Assembly (NCBI GenBank): GCA_008632985.1
Contig: QPGO01000229.1
Coordinates: 1-64,000, forward strand
From: Psammoneis japonica
Taxonomy: Eukaryota
DNA length: 64,000 bases
Direction of reading: 5' to 3'
Translations under genes and position numbers: made by a program
Shown: positions 22,801 to 35,644 of the stretch, piece after piece
Numbering within the stretch: the first letter of the stretch is position 1
Layout of the letters: every line of letters starts with the position of its first letter
Notes under the pieces: generated by a model
Databases searched by the model: none
What the model saw: only the letters and a program-made list of their open reading frames with translations
Told to the model about the DNA's origin: nothing

Positions 22801-23897
22801 GCAATGCCCGTGAACCATTTGGCAAATCACCACTCATCAAAACCAAGAACCTGGTGGAGTTTGGTGCAAATGGGTGGATGACCAAGGAGATTTGTGTTGC
22901 TGGGATGAACTGAGAATCACTTGAGCCACACCTGCATTGTCCAGAAGGTGTCCAATTGTTGTTGTGCGTTGACATGCGAGTGGTGTGGGGGAGTCTGAAA
23001 TGCCATTTTCAGCCATTGAAGTTGAGGTGACCATTGGAGTTGAGAAGCATGGGGGTGTTCAATGATGGGTGGGGGGCAGACAAAAATGAACAAAAGAGCA
23101 TTTTGAGTGCACTTTCCACACTGGGTGGCACCACATTGACAAACTGGCAATCAAAGAAACAGACCTTGGCAGCACTGAGCAGCTGTGAAAGCAAGACTGT
23201 GGTGGGTGCAGCATGTGCACAGGACACTCAGTTTCAGAGTGACTTGCAAGAAGAGATCGTGGGTGCAGAGAGGCGGAAAATGCCAAGTCATGTGCACAGA
23301 GACAATGCTGCATCGCTGTTTCTGGCTGTCAATGATCAAGTGGGACAGCAGACAAAACACATTTGTGACAGACATTTTCAATTTTGGGGCAAGCTGGTGC
23401 AACAAGGAGAAGTTGAACCACGTCATGTCAGCATGGAGAAGAACCCAGCAAATGTCAACACACCAAGAACAAGTGCATCAAGAAGATGCACAAGAGACCA
23501 GCTCAGAACCTGCTCACTGCTCAATGGACTCATGATGGTGGAACCGGAGCCAGTCAAGAAGGGTGTCCCAGAACATGACTCAAGCAGGACTCAAGTGATT
23601 GGCCCTGGTTGCGATTGAAGGATTGTGCAGCAGACAACTGCAAAATCTTGGCTGACCACAAATGCCACAATCAATCTTGAGGAACAAGATCAATGCATCG
23701 AATGAGTGAGGAGCAGCAATTTGACAAGATTGGCTCAACAAGATTGATTTGGTGGGATTGATTTGACAAGATTGAAGTTCAGAAAAAGTGGAAAAGCAGG
23801 TTGCAATTTAGCAAGAGTGAGAAAAGAGAAGATCATTTGCTCCAGTTTTGTGCGCTGCTGATGAGTGTCAGCAGTGTTGGCATCTGGTTGTCTGACA
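19838..23897 (+). mobile_element. Decayed Ty1/copia LTR retrotransposon; RT apparently deleted
   Basis: Related LTRs at ~19838-20185 and ~23564-23897, both starting TGT, with a purine tract AAGAAGGG before the 3' LTR. Two Gag CCHC knuckles (~21000-21130), protease LLDSGSTAH (~21720), integrase LCLDMSG / LHVDNAPE / QFNAAVERAF, and RNase H WQSKKQTLAALSSCES / DNAASL / TKHI, in copia order. LTR right ends are approximate. Confidence 0.85.
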
Positions 23898-23949
23898 CTC
23901 ATGATTGCTTGCATGTGCCATCCTTTGTCTGTGCAGAAAACACCCTGCA

Positions 23950-26900
23950 CTCCATGAACAAGCTTGTTGGGAATGGGGATCACATGGTGGATTGTGGTGG
24001 TCATGTTTGAACTTTGACTGGGCTCTCCGGAACGTGGGGGTCAGAGCCTTGGTGAGAACAGGAAGCCACGCAGATCAGCGCCACATCCTGCACAGGTCCT
24101 TTCCACTCAGGAGCCAGACAACACTCACTTGGAGATGATGCAAGAACATTCATTGAGGACTTTTCAGCCACAATCAACAATTCTCCAAAAGTTTTGTGTG
24201 ACCCCTGCTGAAACTCAAGTGATGAGATGATGTGACATCAAATGTTGTGAGACAACAAAAGCAGTGGCTTGACCAGGTTTTGGCCTTTCTTCTGGTGCAC
24301 TTCAATGGGGGTCTATGCAGGAGGATTGGAAAAATTAAAAACAAATGATGCAGGGGCCACAGAGGCACAAAAAACACAAAAAACACTCAACCTCCTTCAA
24401 CCTCACACATCTTCTGATGGGAAAACCCGGCGGAAATCAAGCGCACTTCTGGAGGGATCTCAGGCAAGCATGACACATCAAGTGGATCTTTTCCACATCT
24501 GGTCTGCTGCTCAATGCATTCCTTGCTTGCCCCATCCATGTTGCCAGAGTCAATCATGCTGGCAGTGCAAAAGTGAGCGCACTTTGCCCATGACATCTTC
24601 GCGGCCCTGCAAGAAACCCGTTGGTGTGCCTCGCAGTGACACCCTGCCATCATCTCATGCTTGCACCAGTCCAGGAATCTGTCATGTTGATTGATGAAGT
24701 CAATCTGGTTGTTGCCATGAAACCTGCAAGCAGCAATGGCGGTGTTCGTGCTGTTTCCGGCCACATCACTTCCAGCTGCGGTGCACTGCCACATGCCTGC
24801 GCATGTCTTTTTTTGTGGGAGCCTTGTTTGCCTGCAAACCATTGCTCAATCAGATGAGCTGTCATTGGATGTGCAGCCAATTCATTTGGGTTGTGCTGGG
24901 GCCATGAGTGTCATCACAGCGAATGTCCGCATGTCGTGCAAGTCGGAGCTGATCACCTTGCATCATGGTCTGGCTGTTGCAGCCAGCCAGTCCATGAAAC
25001 TGACAAGTTCTTCCAAGCAGCAGATTGAATGACACAGTTCAATGTCTTGTCTTTGTCAATTCAAGACAGAGCATCTGCAGCAAGCTTGTCATGAGCTGTT
25101 TCAAACTTGGTGAGCAAATTTTTGGTGTGTCACTCCTTGTGTGCCACCAGAGCAATGTCAACTGCCGCTGATCTCACAATGAATTTTTGATTGGGAGGTT
25201 TGTGCTCCTCCCAAGTTGAGCTGTGCTGCAGTGACCAAATGACAAACTTGGCAGACTTTGGAGTGACATCTTGTTTTGGTGCTGCTTCCAAGAAGCACAG
25301 GTTGACCATCAGAGTGCACGACATCGTAATGTCTGCACACATGATAAAAATGTGTTGCCACATTATAAAATCTGCTCATCTGCACATGACGGTTTTTGTC
25401 ATTTAGTTGGTCATTGATCTCCTGCTGTTCTTCACATTTGAATGCAGATGTTTTTTTAATTTTCATGCTCTGCCTTTTTCACAACAACCAACGATCTTTA
25501 ACGACAAGCCAAACATTGCAATTGCATGCAATGAAATTTTCATCATGCAAAGTGTGCACCAATTGTTCAATCAACAACTGTGCTCCAATTTGCCCAGTCG
25601 TCCGCATCGTCCTCTTCATTCCACATGTCTTGTCCACTCTCTTGCAAGAATTTCAAATGTGCCGCTGCCGCATTGGATGTTTCCTCGTCACCGTTCCAAA
25701 AAAGCCACACTGCATTTCTTGCATTTGGGTGAACATCATCGAGAGGAAGAGGTCCCTCGAAACGCTGAATTGCATCACTGCTCCCCTCTTGATGTCATGT
25801 CATCAGCTTCTTTTTGTCTTTCTTCATTTTGCCCGTCCTGTTTTTCTCTTCCTTCCTCGTCTTGGTGCCACCTGTTTTCACCGTCTCCGGCGTCTTTCCA
25901 TCCGAATCCTTCTTTTTCATCAATCCCGTTGCCGTCGCCTTCATCTCTTGTTTTTGTTTTTTTTTTTTGTTGTGTCACTTTGTTTTGGATCCATGTTTCT
26001 GACTTCTCTCCATGCCATCTCCATTTCTGAATGTTTCTTTGTGATTGTTCGCATGCGTCACTTGAGGGCACCCACGTGTTTTTCACGTGCCTTAACGCGC
26101 ATGTAGAAATCCATGTTGTTTTCCAGTGCATGCACCCTTTCTCCTGATGCTGTTCTGCACAACATTTTCTTCCATCAATTCTGCACTCCACATTGCCCTT
26201 TCCCAGTGTGATCTCACGTGGGATTTCCCTGGGAGAAGTTGCACGTGCGTCTGGCAGGTTTTTGTGTTTAAAACTCCAAATCGCACCAGGCGCGCATGCA
26301 ACTTCTCCCACACACCACTCTGGAACATTTCCACAGAAACCAGATTTTTTGGTGTTGGAACAGCAACCATGGCGCCGCGTGACCTGTTGGTTGCCTCTCT
26401 GTTGCAAGACAACAATGATTCCCACCTCGAGGAGGCCGCACTTGAATCTCTCTTTGCCAACGGTTTTGGAGTGATCGACAGCAACGAGCGGAGCCATGTC
26501 AAAGCGATGATCAAGACGGTGAAATCCAAGGTTCAGTTTCACCGCGATTCCACTTATGATCCCTCTCCGAACTGGATTGCGCTTGCCTGTGTGTGGCAAA
26601 AGTTGAAGGGCAGACCTCATTTTTTTGCAGAACCAATGGCTGTGAACCGTGTTGTTGCAAAGGAACTTGGGTGCAAGAGCTTGCTGCACTTTCTTTCTGC
26701 AAAAGGATGGAGTCACTCCAGTCAAGGCACCAAACATCCTCATGCGTTGGAGTGTCGCCGTGCTCCCAAAGCAGAGGACATGAAAGTCGTCGGCAACAAG
26801 GCAAAATCAACAGACATTGCAACCAACATGATGGCAAAGATTTCCATGTTGCACAAGCTTCTCCATGATCCCGGATTGTGCAACCCAAAGGGAGAGCCAC

Positions 26901-29900
26901 TTGTCAAGCACATCAAGCTGAGAAGTTTTGAAGGGAAGGTTTTGTGTTGCGCGCAATGCCTTCACATTGGTTTTTTGATTCTTTGTGACAAGATTCTGCC
27001 ATGCGCACCTGAAAGGAATGGTGATTGCGATCATTGGCTGCACTCCCTGTTCAGCGAATGTGACAAGACATCGACTTGCATCAACTTTTTGGAGAATTTC
27101 CTGGCTCTTGGTCACTGTGAGATGACCAAAGACGAATGCCCTGTGTCCTTCCCTGAATTCGTAAAGTTGTTGTTCCGCCAACACAAACATTCTTGGGAAA
27201 AGCCCATGCGACTGGCGATGCTCGATGTCGAGCAAGAACAAATGCGTGCAGCACATGTTGATGAGACTCTTTTAAGATGTGTGAAAATTGATCATGTGCT
27301 TTCTGCCGCTGACGATTCCGGCAAAAGCAAGGCCACAAGGGATCGTTTTGAGGCTGTGTGGAAAGCCAGGCTTCGTGACTTTGCCACTCAGTGCAAGAAG
27401 AAAGAAATCGGCAATGCAACACCATCCGTTGCGAAAAATGCTCGGAAACGAAAAAATCCAAATGGTGTGAATCCATCACATTGTTTGATTGATTGTTTGT
27501 GCTCATCTTCTTAACTCCAATTCTTCTGTTCTTCTTGCCACCTCTTTAGCCGCCTCCCTTTGCTCCTCAAGCCCCAGTCTCAAAAACCCCAAAGATGGTG
27601 AACCTTCTGATGTTTCTCAGAACGAATCGCTGATTCTCCAAGATGTGCCGACTCTCAAGGAACAATTTGAATGTTCCCGAACAAAGTGGCTGACCCTCGG
27701 CACGACTTGTCAGTCGCCTCCTCCTCCCCCAGACAATTTCACAAAAGAAGAGCTTGTGAAAGTGTTTCCTGAACCATCTCCTTTTGTGATTCCGGGTGAG
27801 GTGAAGTCACAACATTCTCACCTTGTCGTCTTTGAGGAAACCCCCATTTCCGGTTCCTTCAAGGGGAGCTGTGTCAAGCACCAGTTGTTCCACAGCATCT
27901 CTGATTTCTGCTTGGTGAATCACCTCCGCAAGTTTGTGCATGGATTTGAAAACGGCACAGCTCCCAATGATCCGATGCAAGAATCGATGGTTGCGATTGC
28001 TTGCCCGACCCAGTCAACCTCTCATTTTTCCGACGTGGTCACTCATTTGTGACACACGGACAAGATGCATCAGAAATGCTTTTTTGGATTGCGACTCAGT
28101 GTGTCGTCGACACTCCGTGCAGTGTTGGAACATGGCAAGCCGAACGAAAAAAGGGATGGACCAGAGTGCAAGTTGTGCTGTCGGATCTGTTTTGGTTGTT
28201 GTGGCCAGAATTACGAAGTCGCAGACGGTGAGTTAGCTGAAGTGGGACCCACTCACAATCCTGGTGCCATCTTTGGCAGGGATGAGTGGGAGAAGCTTCC
28301 AAAGGATGTGCAGGCAATGACAGCCTCAATCTTGGACGCCGCGCAACTCTGCGAGGACGAAATTAATCTTGTTGCATTGAAAGAAATGCGTTCCTTCCAT
28401 GACCCGCACCGTGATGGTCTTTTCGCGGCTGAGCTCTGCAAGATGGTTGGAGCCAAGCATGTTAGAAGGGAGGCGTGGAAATTCAAGTTAAGTGCATCTC
28501 GTCGTCCGGCAAAAAATCCGTTAATTCGAAAACCGAGCTGCACATTGACAAAGAGGATTGTGACATGGATGGGCGCACCAAGACTGGTGCTCTTTGCTCA
28601 TCACTGCGAGACGCTGTTGGTCGCTCTTGGTCGTTGAAGGTTGTCACTGCATCCAAAGGCAATGCTGGAAACTGTGTCAGTTCGGTGCATGGGTGTGCCG
28701 AGTTCCGATCGCGTGTGCATGGTCATTTTGCAAAACTTGATCTGTCACATGCTGCAGAAATGATGAGACACCGTCGCCCTCATCGTCCTCCGTCAGGCAA
28801 GCTGACCCACAGAAACATCAAAGATTTTTTCCTTGACCCTCACTCTGTGTGGGTGGAAGAGGAAATTGGCAAGCCAAATCTTCCGTCCGACACAGCCAAG
28901 CATCCTGTCATTGTCATGCCAAGGAAACGTCTTCCGTTCGCCATTGTGAAGGACTTTAATTTCTCGTGCGGTTGTTCGGCAATCATCGACAACCTCGATG
29001 AGGTTGGTGCACACGATTGCTTTCGTTGCGCCGTTGTGGCTGGGCATCAAACCGGATTCTCCCATTTTTGCTGCTTGTTGTGCAACACAGATGCTGTGAA
29101 GTGTCCTTTTGTGGCTGGCGATCGTGTCCTTCATTGCTTCAGAGAAGCTGCGAGGCCACTCGGCAGCATTGCGGGGGATCGCAACAACCGACGCATGCAG
29201 AGCCCGGGACTCTATTTCGAGGAGGTTCATGTGGCAGAGTGCGGGACGAAACTCAACGGTTTGATGGATTTGCTTGTTGGCGGACTGGTTGTCATCATCG
29301 ACTGGATCAATGACAATGTTGGCAAGCCAACGTTTGACCACAAGGCGATCGAGGACATGTTTCAAACCGTGGTCCAAACATGGGATCATGCAGGTGCTGA
29401 TTGTGGAGAGTTCAGATGCATGAACTCTGCACAGATGTTGATGCTGTGTGACACAGGGATCCATCCTCACCCTGACCTTCGTAATCTTGTCTGTCCGGCA
29501 GCCAAGTTGGGAGCGGCGAAGCAAATGGAGGAAATGAAGGTCCCGGTGGAGGAGCACGATTTACTCTTGGAACGGATGGAGGGTGATTTTGATTTGGAAG
29601 ACTGTGGAAAGAATGGTCCAGAGTCTTTGCCATGTGACCTGAGTGCAGCTTGTGAAAAGATGGGAATCTGCAATGTCTTTTGTTGTGGACAGCATCTGTT
29701 GCTCTTGTTCTCTGATGGGCAATCAATGATCAAGCGGTTTGGAAGGTGTGGGTGGGAGCCAGTCCCATTCGTGTCGATTGATGAAGTTCGAGCCAAACTG
29801 GAACGGCAAAGAGAGGTTGCTTTTTCATGGCAATCACATTTGTTTTTTGTCTGATTGTGCCAACATCATCACATTGATTTCTCGTTCTAACAGGAAGAAG

Positions 29901-32900
29901 GCTGCTGGTGATTTGTTGTCATTCGCAATGAACAAAAGTGACGATTGCGAGGAGGAGTCAATTGACGAGAAAACAAGCAAACTTCCAACTGCTTACATGG
30001 GTGAAGAGGACAAAAGCGAAGAGCCTGTTGACGATGAGCACAACCAAGTTGCACATTGCTCCGAGGGTGAAGAGGACCACAGCGACTTGGGAGATTGTTT
30101 CGCAAGTGACGAAACTGACGGGGAAACACACAATGTGCTGTGGTTGGGGATGACCCGTCCGCTCAATGCAAGGCAACTGTCTTCTCAAGAATTGTGCTCT
30201 GAGAAGGGGGTGGCCTTAGTGTCGTCTGACCAACACAGGCGAGATGAGGCCCGCGCAATGGCATTTGAGGAATCTAACAAAACAATCACAAACATCGTTC
30301 CAACAGTTTCTCTCCAAGATGGCCATCCTGATCTGCGCTTAAATTGCAATGTGAAAGCAAGAGATTTCGTCAAGAGAGTCAAGCAGCAGTTTGAGAAACT
30401 TGTTGATTTCGACAACCATGGGTTCGACCAAATCATGTTGGACTGCTGCTGGATGCCAGATGGAGAGTGGCGCGACAGTCATTTTGGGATGACTCAATTT
30501 TTCCAAAATCTAATTGATCTTCGGGCCTTGCTCTCCAAAAACGATGAAGGGGGGGACACAGTGATTCCCTTTGCTCTTGCAACCTTCTTCCAGGTTGTCA
30601 AACAATGGAAGAAATTGTTGGCTGTGTTCGACACATGCACAATGGACAATGATGCTGCAAAGAGCCGTGCGAGTGTGTTCTTTGCAAGCAACCTTGTGAC
30701 CCAAGAACAACGAGAACGGTGGTTGGGAAAGCCTTCCGATCAGGAAGAAGCTCATCTTGGAGTTTCCAAAGAAGACATCAGAATGAAAGCAACGGAAGGT
30801 GCTCGCACCGCACTGCTTCACGTGCACCGCAATGACTTTGCCAATTCTGAAAGGATCAAATTCATCATGTTTGCAAGAAAGAGTCAGGTGATCACTGTGA
30901 GTGAATGACAGATTGACACGCGCACCCCATTTTAGAAACAAATCTGACCAACACTTCCTTCTGTCCTGTGCAGCCCAAACAAATGGGGCCTTTTCTTGTG
31001 CTTCTGCTGCTCCTGGACATTCTTCACAAACCAAAACATTGTCCCCAATTGCTTCGACAGGGACAACCCGCAACTTGGGTGAGCACTGAGTCTTCTCAGG
31101 CATTGAAAGACAGTTGTTTCGTTTGTGATCAAGCTGCCAGCGACTGACCAAGTCTGCGTGCTGATGCCGTTGCCTCATGGTTCTCTGGTCAATGTTGACA
31201 GGGCCTTCATCAAGACTCATGCTCGTTGTCCTTGTCTTGTGGATGAGAAGGGAAAAGAAGAACAACACGCAAAAAATGGTGGGAAAATGGCAAACATTGC
31301 ATTGTCTTCCAGATTTGGATGATTCTTGCAGGTGTGACGTGTCTGCATTTTGATTTTTTATCTGGCATTTACAGTGAATGTTGTTCTTTTTTATTTGCTG
31401 TCAAAACAAAGGATGTCATCTCCGTTGAAACGCAATGACAGCCATGTCAAAAAGCAAGTTGGACCATTCATTGTCACACACAAACATGTTTTCAAATTTC
31501 AATGTTGCTGACAATGACCCATGCAATGTCACAGAGAAAAACAGAGTGGCTGGCTGTCTCAACACGACCCAGACGACGGTTGCACTGTTGAACAGTGACA
31601 CTGCTCTCATTGTTGCCGTGCAAAGATCAAGATGTTGTCTCCAGCACCACAGGCAAAGAAGAGAAAGAAAAATGAGACCATCAAGCCAATGAGCCCGAGA
31701 CTTCAGGCAGTGTTGAAGAGAACAGGTGCGCAGGCAGTGCATGGTGCATTGAAATCAGAAGTGAAGGTGGCTGGAAATGATCTCTTTCCACAGGTGAAGT
31801 TTCTCAGTCCGTCAGAATTGGCAAGCAATGGGAGCGTCTCAATGTTTGTCAAGAAACAGATTGCTGGTGGCAACATGGACACTTCAAACTGGTCAGGAAC
31901 TTGGGAGGAATGGGCAAAAAAGGCGGTAAAAAGGCAAATTGACGACAGCAGAAACACGGTGTGTTCGGCCATTGGGGCGGAGGCAATGGCCCGCAAGCCA
32001 AGTGACCAATGTGCGTGACTCGAGAGTTGCGTGCATCTCACAAGAAGATGATGGTGATGCTTTGTCCATGTGGGCGTTGTCACTGAGGAAGAGGGAAAGG
32101 AAAAAGAAAAGAAACTCAAGGCGGCAGTCAGGAGGAAAAAGAGGAAAAAGTCAAGCCGTGACAAGAATGAAGAGAATGATGTCCCGTTTGTGCCGACATG
32201 GGATCCGTTCAGCCCAGACACCATCACCGGCGGCAAACGAAGGAACAAGCAGGCATGCAAGTGGTTCTGTGATCACATCCCACCTCAAACCAAGCAAAAG
32301 CAGGTGTGGAGTCGTGCCGTCAAAACTGGGAACGCACAGGTCTCACAGTTGTTTGCGGCAGGTGACAAAGCTTTGGCGCTGTTGGCCATGGAGAATTGTT
32401 GGCAGGTGTGGGCATGCAGGAACAAGGAGGAGGCGGTGGAAGAATTGGGTGAGGAAATGGAGCCCAAAGAAACAAGGCCTGCCCCTCGGCACACGAAGCC
32501 AAAGAAACAACGAGTGTCTTGGGGAGATGACGGAATCACTCGGTTCAACGATTTGTGCAAAGAGGTGACGAAAGACAGAGACTCCAAGGAGGGCAAGGAG
32601 TTTGAAAAGTGGCATGTGGAGATCAAGAAAAGCGAGTGCAAGAAGTCCGGAGAAGCAAAAAAGAAGAAGAAGACAGCACCGACCGGTGATGCAGAGAAGG
32701 TGAAGGCAATGAACAGCCCAATGGTGGAGAGCAGCAGGGACAACAATGGCAACAACGATGAGCAGGAGGAAGGTGCAAAAGGCAAAACGAACAGATGGAG
32801 GAGACGAGTCCGATGAAGACGAGTCCAATGAAGACAAGTCTGATGATGATTGTCAGCTCAGTTCAAGAGAGTTGTAGCAAGAAAATGTGCACACAGTTGG

Positions 32901-33960
32901 CACAGCACTCGGTCATTGCACTGCAGACGTAACAAGGAATTGACTTGACCGATGAAATGTTTTTCTCGTTTAAAACAATGTTTGCGAAAATTAACAAACC
33001 AAGGTTTGTGTGGCAATGCAATCACGCATTGGCATGTGGCAACAAGGTGGAGGCAGAAATGGTGATGTGGGCACAGTGAAAAACAGCACACACAATTCTC
33101 AATGAGTCATTGCAGTGTTGGCACACCAAACTTGCAACCAGAGGTTGGCCTGTCATCATGTGACAACGATGTTTTGCAGTGTTTTAACAAATTGTCATCA
33201 CGCAAATCTGCACATTTTTAACATTTTGTGCGCTCTGATGACCTGGTCTCATGTCAAGCGAGGCGGCCTCTCAACAGCAGTCTCTTGCACAAAACCTTTG
33301 CAATCAATTGACTTTTCCAAACCCTTCAGTCTTGGGCCACAACTTTGGACCAACCGCCCATCTCAACTCAAACTGCTGGACACCATTGGTTGTCACACAG
33401 CTGGCAGAGCTGACACTCTTTTGGCCCAAAAGCACAATGATGAGAGTGCGGCCTTGTTGTCGCTGGGAGCAGCTGCTGCGCCACTGGAGTTGTCAACACA
33501 CACCTGCTTTTGTTGATCTTTGAACCCAAAAGATGGCTCCACTGTGTGAAGCTGGCAAGCACCCCCCGGGGGCCGATGTTTGGAATTCCAAATGTCATTG
33601 TTGTTTGAGCAAGGTGGCTTTTCTCTCACACACCACCCCCAGAACTCTCACAGATGTGCTGCTTTGCCATCAGCATTGCTGTGCTCTGTGGCAGTGGTGC
33701 ACTGGCTGTCCATTTTGAGGTCATTGCTCAGGCTTTCACAGGGTCAGCAGGCCTGAGAATTGTTCGCTTGTGTTGTTCTTCAAAGCAGCCTGGTGTCAAT
33801 GAGAGCTTGGGAAGCTCTTGCTGCTTGTGATTCAGAGGTTGGGGGCTCAAATCTCTCAAATCCTGTGCCAAATCAATTGCTTCAGGGCTGGGTGGCATCC
33901 TCTCCCATGATTGCCATGATCATCTGTCTGGCAGGTATCTTTGCTGACTGGTTGGCTCTC
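23950..33960. mobile_element. Large decayed TE-like block with several eroded ORFs, possibly a large DNA transposon with cargo
   Basis: Same TpA-free composition as the adjacent copia. Long Tyr-poor, Cys/His-rich ORF remnants at 26126-27514, 27489-28637, 28475-29854, 29739-30908 and 31632-32816. The last (GDKALALLAMEN...WGDDGITRFNDLCKEV..DR) resembles TE accessory ORFs. Family and termini not identified. Confidence 0.5.
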
Positions 33961-33968
33961 ATGCTCTT

Positions 33969-35330
33969 CTGTTCTTCAATAATGTTTTGTACCGTAAATA
34001 AATGATGCCGGCAGTGAAGGTCAACGTCGGAAAAGACGGCTTTGGCCGGAGGCCGCCGCTAGTATCTATATATTACGCCAAACGCCTGTCTCATAAGGTT
34101 CCATGTAAATGAATGCCAACAACGTCTGCTTCTGTTCCTCGTCGCAAATATGGATGCGTGAAACATGTACCGATACTGTGCTCTTCTTTCTTCTTCTATG
34201 GGATCCTTGCTAATTTGTGCATGTATGTACTTGCCGTCTTTTACCCTTCTTGCTCCTCACGAACATAGTCCTTCGTCTGCGACTATTGCCAGTCCCTGGA
34301 TCATTTTGCCTCTCATTCCCTGCTCCAGTTGTCTTTGCTTGGATTGCCATGGCCGCACGTCTCTGCAACAATCAGATCGCCAACTGACGCAGTTTGGCCC
34401 TGCCAAACAAGGCACATGTCGGTGTCAATCACCCTAATGACGATACCATCGTACTCGAGCTTCTGGAGAGGATTGGATGAGTCGCACTCCTGGAGACGGA
34501 CTGTCTTTCCCTCTTCTAGAGGCCATGAAAGACCGGCCTGGATGCAGTAGTCGTTGTCGAGTTCACTCTCAAACAGGCCATTACTACGCATCCGGAATCT
34601 TGTACATCCTGTGCCCAAGGCGAGCTTGGGTCTGCAGTTACACACCGATGCCTGAACTCCGAGGCAGAGACCGTCAGCATCATCGTTTCCAAAGAGTTTA
34701 TAGTTTGTACTTAATTTTCGTAAACCATCATGCGTGTCGTCGAGCACTTTCCATCCGCCGTGGACAAGAGGAAAGGCGACAAGCGAGAATAACGCATGCA
34801 CGAAGAGCTTCATCGTTGTTACAGTGAAAAGATGTTGTTTGTCGATTGATTGAGATGCTTCAATGTGATTTGGAAAAATGGCACTTATTCTTAGAAGCCC
34901 ATCACTGCAGTCTCCGCTCTGCTTCGTTCGTAGAAAGAGACATATCTATCACACGATTGATTTGTTATGCGAGCCCTTCCAAGGCAATACAATCGGGGCC
35001 CAATGAGCTACGATTGCGATTCAGGGTCGCGCTTTCGGCCGTATTCAACTATTGAGAATGTCAATCGTGTCGCTTGAAAGGCCCTTCTCCGCGATGCTGA
35101 ATCGTGAGAGAAAATTCTTACGATTGGATTCGCTATGGGACCTTATTTATGTTCCTAAAGGGCAATGCAAAACGGGGTGTCCTTCATGATTCACTTCGCG
35201 CTTTCACAATGGACTCACGAATCAGAGTCGCGGTTTCATGGAGGCGGTTCAAGATGATTCTCTTCACAGTCGAGATGAAAGACCCTTCTCTCCTTGTTCG
35301 CATGTACGATCCTTTGTCTGTGGGAGAAAC
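33969..35330. repeat. Segmental duplication, copy 2 (paired with ~18500-19837)
   Basis: Direct-orientation, high-identity match to copy 1. Confidence 0.9.
34313..34813 (-). CDS. Small secreted ricin-B-lectin-like protein, copy 2
   Basis: Near-identical paralogue of 18860-19360, with differences mostly in the N-terminal part. Confidence 0.65.
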   Translation of the reverse strand: MKLFVHALFSLVAFPLVHGGWKVLDDTHDGLRKLSTNYKLFGNDDADGLCLGVQASVCNCRPKLALGTGCTRFRMRSNGLFESELDNDYCIQAGLSWPLEEGKTVRLQECDSSNPLQKLEYDGIVIRVIDTDMCLVWQGQTASVGDLIVAETCGHGNPSKDNWSRE

Positions 35331-35644
35331 AGCGCAGTGTGACGCTCATGGTAAGCATTCCTCTCTCGCGTACTGTATCGTCGCGATCAATGCGCAACAC
35401 ATCACACTGCGTGCGCCACCTTTCGTAGCTTACAGTACAGATCCTACGTGCATGCAACTTTGGCGCCTTTTTTTCACGTGATCCTCACAGGATCCTCAAC
35501 GCTCAACGTGCAGAGGACCATCAATTGAAAAACGCCAACGAAAGATTTGTTGCGTCGCAGCCACCAAATACACGATGGTCTCACTTTTTTCATTTTCGGA
35601 CTGAAACACTGAAAACCTGCTGAAAAGAAATCAACGGAAAAATC

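Noticed and set aside
19783..33960. Dense overlapping Cys/His-rich ORFs in all six frames as novel genes or metal-binding proteins
   Set aside because: They are an expected by-product of TA loss: TAA/TAG stops vanish and Tyr becomes Cys or His.
19783..33960. Classical RIP or simple 5mCpG decay as the whole explanation
   Set aside because: RIP would enrich TpA. CpG decay does not remove TpA, and CpG persists in TA-free parts. CpG decay probably does contribute in the copia and 46-47 kb blocks.
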